64,000 bases of DNA from Lingula anatina (Eukaryota; Animalia; Brachiopoda): NCBI GenBank assembly GCA_051362555.1, contig CM120644.1, positions 21,350,534 to 21,414,533 on the forward strand, given 5' to 3'. The notes beneath the pieces were generated by a model that was not told the origin of the DNA, searched no databases, and saw only the letters and a program-made list of their open reading frames with translations. Both the position numbers and the translations under genes were made by a program. The first letter of the stretch is position 1. Every line of letters starts with the position of its first letter. Below are positions 1-10,467 of the stretch, one piece after another.

Positions 1-2183
1 TACAAGATGGTGTTGGTAGAGGATACCTTGCCTCTATGCAAAGTTACTGTTAGTTTTCGTCAAGATTGTTTTATGTCCATCAATGTCCATGGCAAAGCCA
101 TACCCAACGACCATGATATCTACCACACATATGGACGGTACACCAGAACTGCGACTGATGTCCAACGAATTTTAGGATACATTGATCGCTCTTTCATTTG
201 TACTGGAAATCCAGATGAGGACTTCAAGGGATTTGCCCCTGTCTGGAGTGGTCATTCATTTCAGTCCAGTGAAGGTGTGTCTGGTTATACTGAGGGTCCC
301 ATGGGTGAAGCCTACACAAGTACTGTTCGGTCCATCAATTGCAGTATGCTCCTCAACCGCCAATCTACCAGGTGCCATTCATGCTGCGCATATCGTTGTG
401 TTTTACGTGCTAAGAGGTCGGACAAGCAAAGATCAAGTGAGCGTTCCCCAGAGCCTTCAGCAACAACTCGACTTGACCTCTTAACTGTTGAAAGCCTTAG
501 GAAAAGGAACAGTGCCCACAAGCAGAAAATCAGAGGGTTGTCAAAACGCCTTGAACAGTTAGAGCAGAAGCTTGCCACATCTATAGAGAGTGATGGAGTG
601 GTACTTGATGACGAGATCACATCTCTTGTGAATACTGCCATGAGAGAAAATAAACCGTCCCCTTTCACAGATGAATTCCAGGCACTGTTTTGGGACCAAC
701 AAAAGAAGGCAGCAGAAGCCAAAGACCCAAGAGGAGTGAAATGGCACCCAATGATAATCCGATGGGCGCTGGCAATAAAATTAAAATCTAGTTCAGCGTA
801 CGAAGTGCTGAAAAATTCTGGTTTCATACGCTTACCTTCATCTAGGACTTTTCAAGACTACACAAATGTCTTTAAAGTAAAAAGTGGATATCAGAAGGAG
901 GCTTTTGTGCAGATGCAGACAGAAATTCAAAATCTAAAGCTTGACAAGTCACAATTGTATGTTACTCTCTTGCATGATGAAGTAAAAATTAAGTCCGATT
1001 TAGTTTTTGGCAAACATTCTGGAGAGTTAATAGGATTCATAGATTTGGGCAGTTTAGGAAATGACATGTCAAATTATGAAAGGTCACTGAAGGCAGACAC
1101 CGAGTTGGTGCCAGAGCTTGCCAAATATATGCTGGTAGTCATGGTAAGAAGTTTAGCATCTAACTTCAAGTATGTGCTGGCTAGTTTTGCCACTGTAGGC
1201 ATTAGTGCAGGTTACCTTTTTCCTATTCTGTGGGAGGGCGTTGAAAGGTTGGAATACGTAGGAGTGAAAGTCTTGGCCATTACCTGTGATGGGGCCTCCC
1301 CTAATAGGAAGTTTTTTAGATTGCACAGAGTTGATGATGACGCAACTGTAATTTACAAGACCGAAAATGTCTTTGCTAGAGATGAAAAAAGGGACATTTT
1401 TTTCATATCTGACCCACCACATCTTTTGAAAACTGCACGAAATTGTTTTTCAAATTCACATGGTCATAAAGAAGTAGATCAATGTGGCGAAATGGGCATG
1501 ACATCTCTTGGCAACATGTAGTGAATTTATACGAAAGAGAATATCTGTCAGGCCTGAAGGTGAGGTATGCTGCACAAGTTCTGAGCAGCACTGTGGCCAA
1601 TGCCCTTCAAGTAACAGGTGGTGTGCAGGTCCAAGAAACTGTTAAATTCATCAGGATGTTTGATCGATTTTTTGACTGTCTTAATGGTCGTTCACTCCAT
1701 GAACACATCGCATCCAGAAAACCAGATTTGGCTCCTTATACAGATCCGCAAGATGAACGATTCAAGTGGCTGGAATGTGACTTCCTGGAAGATCTGAAGG
1801 CATGGAAAAGGGAAGTAGATGCTAGGCCAGGCTTTTCAAAGTCCGACAAACAGAAGATGCTGCTCAGCCCTCAGACTATGGAGGGAATTGAATTAACAGT
1901 CTTGTCTTTTATAGAATCCTGCCGTTTTTTACTGAGCAAAGGAGTTGCTTTTGTGCTAGCAGACCATTTCAATCAGGACCCCTTGGAGCAGTACTTTTCC
2001 ATGCAGAGAAATGCGGGTGGTGCCAATGTAAATCCAAACGTATCATCGTTCCACCACAACACGTCAGCAATTAGAATACAGAAAACATTTGCCATGGCAT
2101 CATTTCGAGGAAATTCCCGCCAGGCACAACCACAAAGAGAAATTGACAGTACACCTCTAGCCAAAAGAAGAAAGATCATCTAG
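1..2183 (+). pseudogene. P-element/THAP9-family DDE transposase, frameshifted; 5' end lies outside the window
   Basis: ORFs 7-1521 and 1482-2183 join through a 1-nt frameshift near 1470 (HK-/SRSMWRNGHDISW). Family motifs: WHPMIIRWALAIKLKSSSAYEVLKNSGFIRLPSSRT, LLHDEVKIK (D1), CDGASPNR (D2), SDPPHLLKTARN, KVRYAAQVLS, FNQDPLEQYFSMQR (E). AATAAA at about 2524. Confidence 0.92.
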
Positions 2184-2587
2184 CACTTTTCAATGGGGGA
2201 TACCAATTATTATAGAATGTTGTAGAATGATAGGTAACTTTATTAGTATTAGTATTAGTTATTCATACATCAGCCCATGTGTCACCAGCTGGGACTTAAT
2301 AGTTAGCATCAGTGTTCTTTTTTTTAACTCTATAAGCCATGATTAATAGATAAATGGTGTTGTGGTGACAATTTTGTTGATCATAAATGAAATGTTTTGA
2401 AGTTTTTTGGGGTTTCAATTTGTTGATAAACTTAGATAAGTAAATGTGTACAGGTTACATTTAACAGGCTGCATCTTATTGGGAAATTACAGTGATGAAT
2501 TGCATGAACAATTGAATTCGTTTAATAAACTTATTTGAACTGTACATCTGGATTTTTTCACTTAGTGTTTAGGGGGAGAGAGAACTT

Positions 2588-2830
2588 TCAAGAGATATTA
2601 ACTGTTCATTTTGGCCAAAAAATGGCTTTTCCTGGGGTAAAGGACAATTAACCCGTGCTAACCAATGGTTTGTGAATTCATTCTGACATTCAAAGTTAGT
2701 CCCTGATTTTTTTTCTAAAAGTTTTCTTTTTGTAGTATTTTCTTAAGAGATTATTACAGAGTGCAGACATCTATGGAGAACACACAAAGTGATGGCAAGC
2801 ATAGATTTCAGAATAATTTGATTAACCGCT
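2588..2830. mobile_element. Degraded copy of the AGGGATA-terminated (Kolobok-like) MITE family
   Basis: Similar to 60165-60400 (ttttcctggggtaaa...cattcaaagttagtccctg) and to 26623-26797. Confidence 0.6.
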
Positions 2831-3211
2831 GTTGTTGTGGTATAATAGCATTTATTTTATTTCTATGATCAATGCATTCATTGTGAAATTTGGATCTCTT
2901 AGACAGTTAAATGACAGTACAACGCAACAGAAAAATGCAACAAACCCAATGTCTATTCAATCTATCAAATTACACAAGAAATCTGAGTTGAGTGTAAAAA
3001 GAGTGCTAAAGAATTTCCTTTACAAGATACAGTAACTATTTACTAACAAATCATCTACTTAACACGCCCTAAATAATTTCCACCTCGGATACAAACAGTA
3101 ATATTCTACTGTCAAGTAATCTCTTAAAATGCACTAAAATATAACTTTCTACATTTGACGTATATATACTGTTCACATCACTTCACAAATACTTAATGTT
3201 CCCAATTTGAC

Positions 3212-4577
3212 TCATTTTGAAGATGATTTATTCTTAAGAGATTTTCTTAGCCCCTTTTCTTTCAGAGTAGTTTTTGTGATCTGTTGGTACTTTTCCAAGA
3301 GTTTTCTTCGAAAAGAGTTCCCTCTAATGGTACTATAAAGACATATGAACATGTACATAAGGTCCATTTTTACCTTGGTTGTTGCACCTGTTGTCAATTT
3401 CTCCCAGTAAGAAAGAAGTAAAGAATTTTTCAGAGCAGAATCCCAAATTGGAGAAGTTAAATTGCCATGATGGTAGTGAATGAGGGTTGGTGTCGAGAAT
3501 TGTTTGCTAACAATCTCCTCAAGCAATCTTAAAAACAGAAATAACTCATCTGATATGTGAAATAGGCCTCCTCTATCAAGAGTATTTACCCACTTACATG
3601 TATTCTTCAAATACCCAGCAGCCTGACTGCCTTTCCCCATCATCATTGTTTTAATAATGTCACTGTAATGAGGCTTATTCTTTTTACATTTATCCGATAG
3701 CTTTCGGCACATGGCTCCTCCCACATATCTCAATGCTTGTTGTTCCAAGTTTGACAATGAGGGTTTGTCAACGAATGAAGAATATAGTTTTGTGTCCATA
3801 GAATCTCTGTACTTAACAGTCTCTTTAAAAAGTGCAGTCACTAAGGTATGAAATGTTTGCTTGAAGGCAAATGAGCAATAATGCAGACCAGTGATTTCAG
3901 CCAAAAATGTAATTCCCTTTTTAGTAAACTCGGATTGTGTCCTGAGTAAGTGAAACTGTGACCACATGCCTTCCACCTGTGCACTTGGGAGGTTTTTTTT
4001 GTCCCCAGAAGTCAAAGCATCCCAAATAAAAGTCTCAAGCCATTTAGGAACCTCTGACAATCTTGAGTGAGTGACTTTCAGGATTTCTAGTGCATTCAAA
4101 CCATCCTCAGATAATGAATAAATGCTGTCCCCCAAAACTACATCAATTGCAGTGAGTAGAAGCATCAAAATATTCTGGGTCAACTTCTCTCTGGACAATG
4201 CTGAAGCACGCCCCACTGCTGGCATTGGTTTTCTACGGGAAATATTCTCTAAAGATAATCAGTATAAAAATTAGGAAAAGAATAATACCAATATCTAATA
4301 CTGATACACAAACATCTGTTTATGTTAGAAACAAAACTGGTAAAACCACAAATGTACATATACTTAAATGTGCAAAGGTACTGTATATGTGGTTAAGATT
4401 TTTAAATATACATGAATCTCTATTCTTTATTTAATACTCACTCGCTTTCTTTGTTGGTGGTGGTATGATCTCATCCTCCTCTCCTTCAGAATCATCTTCA
4501 AAGCTACTGTTTAAAATACTCTCCCAATCAAAATTTTCATCGTCTTCAAAGAACACAAAATCTTCCTTCCCATACAT
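3212..4577 (-). CDS. Two-exon transposon-associated gene (390 aa) resembling the P/THAP9 transposase C-terminal domain
   Basis: Exon 1 is 4577-4442 (MYGKEDFVFFEDDENFDWESILNSSFEDDSEGEEDEIIPPPTKKA, donor A|GTGAGT). Exon 2 is 4248-3212 (acceptor TTTAG). The phase-1 junction is in frame with the 337-aa ORF. Motifs LRYVGGAMCRKL and WVNTLDRGGLFHISD. TATATAA at about 4601-4607 and AATAAA (minus) at 2851-2856. Confidence 0.8.
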
Positions 4578-4704
4578 GGTGAAATGAAAATTGACTCTCC
4601 TTATATAAGACCCTGATTATGCAATTTCACAATGACACATGCCAAAAAGTAATGAGTCAGTGACATCTTTTGAAATGCCACCATATAAACACAGGTAATC
4701 ATGG

Positions 4705-5933
4705 CAGGGATCGTCCTGGGTAAAAATCTGGTTGGGCCATTTTGGCCCACTTGGTCAAAAAAAGTGGGCCATTTTTAAAAAATGTGTGCCGTGAATTATT
4801 TAGCGAAAATTCATTATAATTCAATATTTTTATATGATTAAAAACACTGAAAAAAGGCTCGATGCCATTACTCTTGAGTTCTAAATAATTGTAGTGTGTG
4901 GAAAAATTTTCCAAATTAACAATTGTACTGTCCAAAAAATTAATCATTGTACTGTGCTGAGTAATAGCACTGCATGGAAAAGGTTGACAATTCCCATTTT
5001 ATTGTGAAAAAAAAAGCCATTGCTCTGTAAAGAATTTTTATTTTTCAAAATATTTGCATTCTTTTTTTTAACCTGAAAACAATTGAAGCAATGATCTAAG
5101 CTGAGAGAAACCAGTCTTACATATATCTATATTTACATAAAAATCTAGCAAGCAACTACATAACATTACTAAAGTTAGTTGGTATATCGATTAATGTACT
5201 TATACATTAAGTATTTGTGATTATTACACTGCTGCAGGGCTTAACGCTTATTTTTCAGGACACCTGTCCGCTCAGGCTTACTGCTGACAAGTTTCACCTG
5301 TCCCCCAGCTAATTTTCACTTGCACAGTCCCTCCAACCCCACCTCAAAGAAAGTGCAATTTAATTTTTTTCAATATCTAAGCTGGTTCCTTTAGGTGGAT
5401 ATAATATGATGGGCAGTTTCAAATCATGACTGTGCATCCATTGCGCAATTCCCGCATTGAAAACGATGTTGTCCCTCATTTAGAGACATGCAGCGCCGCT
5501 AAAGGTGAAAAATTACAAAAAAGTCTGTTGAAATTTAGTCTGTAAAAAAACAGACGAATATTTCTCCTTTTCACTTATCGATTACTCAACATGCGGCCCG
5601 ACTGAACTGAGAAGCCATACTTTTTACCCACCTCGTGTAGTTAGGTGTTCTCAGAGGTCCGTGCGCGGCCTGTTTTCAGTGTTTTGAGCATTACGTGATT
5701 TTCATTGTGTACTTGTTTCAGTTTTGATATATTTTTGTGAAACGGGTCACATGTCAGCCCTCGCAACATCGCTACGCGCACTTCGAGCGACATCATTATG
5801 TAGGGAGATCTTTATTATGAAAAAAGTCTCTGCTATTTGTACGCGCCAAAATGGCGCAGGTTAGAATTTCACTTGCGCCTTTGAGAAAAGGCTCGCGCAT
5901 TTGGCGCAATCGCACGGCCAAGGATTATCCCTG
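4705..5933. mobile_element. Non-autonomous DNA transposon with CAGGG termini and 5-bp TSD (hAT5-like)
   Basis: Left terminus CAGGGATCGTCCTGGG; reverse complement of the right terminus CAGGGATAATCCTTGG. CATGG is duplicated at 4700-4704 and 5934-5938. Confidence 0.75.
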
Positions 5934-6414
5934 CATGGTTGAGTGAATTTGTTGTGCCGTTGATTACGGCGTGTCAACTGGTGATGCGTGATCATTTAAG
6001 TCACCAGCATTGTTGATGTTCTTTAAGATGTTCTTAGATTCAAACCAACAAGACACCAAGTTTGATTTCCCAGCACCATACTTTATTCTCAAGTCTCCAG
6101 TATTCTCCCGAGATCACAACACTCACAACACTGATATTCTCTAACACAATACTGAGCTACTGCACATTTACTACATCTCTCCCTCTTGAGATATGCACCA
6201 CAATGACTTTAAATGTGCAATTTTTTTTCTTTTTACTTATATAATGACAAAATTAAATAAACTTAAATGTTACAAATACTCAGAGGCACTCTAAATAATC
6301 ACTTCAGAGTGTAAACAGATCAACAGTTCTCATTAATCCTTTAACAGTCCTTGGTCATCTTACATGTAAGACAATATGTCTCTAGAAAATTTTAATGACA
6401 GTAATATTTCTCAG

Positions 6415-9400
6415 TCAAGTGTAAGTTAGTCTCTCAGGTGCTTTGCGCTCCCTTTGTGGATATCTGCGAACTGGTTGTTTATCAACAGTAGGACTAGCCT
6501 CAACATCATCAGATACAAATGTACTGCTAGCTTCAGATTTGTCAGGTAATTTTGCATCACTATTGTCCATTGTATCACCTGATTCATGCTCAATTTGAAC
6601 AGGTTCTGAATAAAACCTTGGCTCAGGTTGCTCAAATTCAGTCTTTGTTTGATTATCAGATTCAACATTTTCTCTCGAAGGTAGTGTCACATTAACTTCA
6701 TCAGAAAATGGCATTTCATTTGAAACAGTGGGACCAATTATATGATCAATATGCACAAAGCGTTTCGATCTGCCAATTTGTACAACATATGTCTGAGGTC
6801 CACAAACTTTCACAATGCAACCAGAAACCCATTTCTCTTGCCCCCCTCTGAAATTGCGAACTCTGACCTTATCATACAGGTTAAAGTGACGCGACTTGGG
6901 ACGTTTGTCATGATACTGACATTGCTTTTCCTGTTTTGTTTCAACAGACATAGAAAGGCTGGGTTTCAAAAGAGAAAATTTTGACCTAATCTGACGCTTC
7001 ATGAACAATTCAGATGGACTGACACCAGTTGTTGAATGCGGAGTTATTCTATACAGCATCATTAACTGGGATTATCTCAGACTGCGGGAACCTTCCCTAT
7101 TCTCTAACATATGTTTTGTTAGCCCTTGTTTGATAACTTGCACTGAACGCTCAGCGGCACCATTCGTGCTTGCATGGTACGGAGGTATAAGTTTGTGATT
7201 TATTCCATTCATTTCACAGAATTTACGAAACTCCCCTGAGGTAAACTGTGGTCCATTATCTGACACAATAATCTCAGGCAAACCTGCTCTTGCAAACCAC
7301 GAACGTAAAACATCAATTGTTTTCGAAGCAGTAGTAGATTGCATTTCTTCTACTTCTATCCACTTCGAATATGCATCAATCAGTATCAAATAAGAACGAT
7401 TGTCTTTCTCAAAGAAATCAATATGGACCCTCTCCCACACACGTGAAGGGAAAGACCATGGGATCAGTGGTGCAACAGCTGGCAAGGCTCTGTTTGATTG
7501 ACATTCATCACATCCAGAGACCAAAGACTCAATTCCAGAATCTAGTCCAGGCCACCACAAGTACCCTCTAGCTAAGGACTTCATTCTAACAATCCCATGG
7601 TGTTCTTCGTGTAATTCACGAAGTAAACGGTCACGATAACAAGGTGGTATGATGACACGTAATCCCCAAAGTACGCAACCTTGGTCAACAGTAAGTTCAT
7701 TTCTGCGTCTAAAGTAAGGCATCAAAGAATCATCTTTGACATAGCTTGGCCAACCATTAAGAGTGAAATCATACACTCTGGACAAGACTGGGTCCTTCAT
7801 AGTGGCTTTGCTAATATCACTCGCTTTCACAGGTAATTCTTCTGTGAAAGACACACAATGGACAACAAACTCGTTATCCTCACTAGGCTCAGAATTTTTA
7901 TTTGGTAACCGTGAAAAGCAATCTGCACTTGCATTGTCAGCAGACTTTCTATATTTTATCTTGTAATTGTAAGCTGACAGAATCAAACTCCAGCGTTGCA
8001 TTCTAGCTGCAGCTAATGACGGTATACCAGTATGTGAATTGAATATTTTCACAAGAGGCAGATGGTCTGTAATAAGAGTAAACTCTCTTCCATATAAATA
8101 CATGTGGAATTTCTTCACACCAAATATGATGGCTAAAGCCTCTTTCTCAATTTGAGCATAATTCTTTTCTGCTTTAGAAAGAGTACGAGAGGCTGTTTCA
8201 ATGGGGCGTTCAGAACCATCTTCCATAATATGACTTATGACTGCACCAATCCCCACTGATGATGCATCACAAGCTAATACGATTGGCCGTTTTGGATCAT
8301 AGGGTGTGAGACATGACTCTGCAGAAATAGCAGACTTGGCAGCATTAAATGCAGCATCACACTCCTTTGTCCAGTTCCACTCTACATTTTTGCTTAAGAG
8401 CCTGTTTAGTGTGGACACCTGAGTAGACATGTTCTTTATGAATTTCCCATAAAAGTTTAACATTCCCAGGAATGACTTGAGCTCTGAAACATTTTCAGGC
8501 TTGGGCATATTCATGATATTTTCTATGTTCTTGGCACTTGGATGTATACCACTTTCATCCAGTGTATGACCAAGAATATCAATACGTTTCTGAATGAAAC
8601 TACACTTTGACAAACGCGCACGGATATTTTACTGACGGAGTCTCTGCAGCACACGTTGTAGTGCTATGTAATGTTCTTCTACTGTGTCAGTGGTGATGAG
8701 TATATCATCAATAGAACAAGCAGCCTCCTCAATATCATCCAACACTTGATCCATAACGCGTTGAAACTGCTGCGGAGCAGTCGTAATACCATACGGCATT
8801 CGCTCTGGGCATAACAAACCAATCAAAGTGTTAATCGTGAGATATTGTTTTGACTTCTCACTCAATTTTAACTGGGAAAATGCTTCGTGCAAATCTATTT
8901 TAGATCTGAATTTCCCTTTTGCATGTTTGGCTAGTACTGACTGAATAGTTGGGAGTGGATATGGGTCTTTGTCTAGTACTGTATTAACTGTGACCTTATA
9001 GTCACCACATAACCTCAGATCCCCTGATGGTTTTACAACAGTGACTTGTGGACTCGCCCACTTACTACTTTCTACTTTGGTATAATGACCCTTCTCAACT
9101 GCCTCCAACAGCTGAGATTTGACCTTATCTTGCAGAGGGTAGGGTACACTATAAGCTTTCTTGAATATGGGAGTTGTACCTTCAGGAATGTAAACATCTG
9201 CTTCAAAACCTTTGATTGGCCCTTGACTTGGAGCAAATACATCTTTGTATTGTGACATAAGTGACTTTAACTTTGGGTCACTCTGTACAGAAAAGACATT
9301 GGACCAATCTAACTTTATTTTCTCTAACCAGTTTTGCCCCAACAATGCAGGTTTAGATCCCTCCACCACTACTAATGGTAGGTCTACAGACTGGTCATTG

Positions 9401-10452
9401 TAACTCACTGTGACTGTTATTTCCCCCAATAAACTAAGAGGATTGCCGCAATAAGATGCGAGATGCAAATCTGATTGACGTAAAGGGTGATCTTTGAACT
9501 TTGATTCATACAAATCTTGACCAATCAACGTAACAGACGCACACGCACCAGTATCTAGCTCAAAGTCAATAGACTGTGAGCTAACCTGTAAAGCAATAAT
9601 ATACTTGCTACATTTATTTTCATTTACAGTACTGATAGGAGCATGATCAGGTTTTGTTTTGTTCTCTTTACTTCTGCATTTGATTTGGAAATGGTTCAAC
9701 TTGTTACATTTTCTGCAGATTTTACCCTTGGCAGGACAAACTCCTTTGTGTGGGTACTCTCCACCGCAGAACCAACACTCCCTGAAACCCTGTTTTGGCT
9801 GTGTTTTGGACTTGTTATGACTTGGCTTGTGTGGTTTAGGTGCTTGGGCTTGTGCTGATTTTTTCACGGCATAGACTGTGGTAGGACTGGTATCGCCCTC
9901 CATAATATGGGACCTTTGTTCAGACAGCTCTAAAGCTCTAGCATGTGTAAGCAAGTTATTCAGTGTGAGAGTCTGGTCACTAAGAGCTTTTCTTCTCAAC
10001 TTATGGGATGTACATCCTTGTATAATTTGTGACTTAACCTCTCTGTCCAAATTTTCAAATCCACAGTTGGCTCCTATTTGTCTTAGTTTGATATGGTATG
10101 AATCAATGGTTTCACTAGGTTCTTGCTTACAGCTTCGAAATTTGTAAATTTCAAACTCAGGATTATGATGAGGTCTTACGTACTGTCCAAAAGAAGCTAC
10201 CGCATCTTCATATGAGTCCCCTCTGTCTGGCAGATTCTCAAAAATGTCTAAAAATTCCTCACCAGCTAAATGTAAAAGCATGGCTCTCTTCTGTTGCGAG
10301 TTTTTGATGTTCAATGCAACCATGAGGTTTTCAAATCTTTCCTTCCATTTTCCCCATCTTTTAAAGACGGTGTTCGGTTCCTGTCTGATGATGAAAGGTG
10401 GAAAAGTTGGTATATGCGTCAAGTTTACTGCTTGGGGTTCTTCCTCCTCCAT
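6415..10452 (-). pseudogene. gag-pol polyprotein (Gag zinc knuckles, PR, RT, RNase H, IN) with two in-frame stops
   Basis: One frame of 1346 codons broken by TAA at 8631-8629 and 7074-7072. Motifs: CWFCGGEYPHKGVC and CRKCNKLNHFQIKC, FELDTGA, RLCGDYK, SIDD, LACDASSVGIG, integrase H-H-C-C, HIDFF / VSDNGPQF / NGAAER. Confidence 0.93.
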
Positions 10453-10455
10453 AAT

Positions 10456-10467
10456 TCCTCGTCGCCA
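10456..10467 (-). promoter_or_regulatory. Primer binding site complementary to the tRNA-Ser(GCT) 3' end
   Basis: TGGCGACGAGGA matches the reverse complement of ...UCCUCGUCGCCA; the gag ATG starts 3 nt later. Confidence 0.8.

Noticed and set aside
1460-1485. Programmed ribosomal frameshift in the P transposase
   Set aside because: No X XXY YYZ slippery heptamer at the junction, and a neighbouring deletion points to mutation.
182-1600. Overlapping or antisense ORFs within the transposase (likewise within gag-pol)
   Set aside because: Shadow ORFs of real coding sequence with no recognisable features.
8614-8631. Programmed stop-codon readthrough in the Gypsy element
   Set aside because: The TAA lies inside RT, not at the gag-pol boundary, and a second stop plus an active-site change indicate decay.
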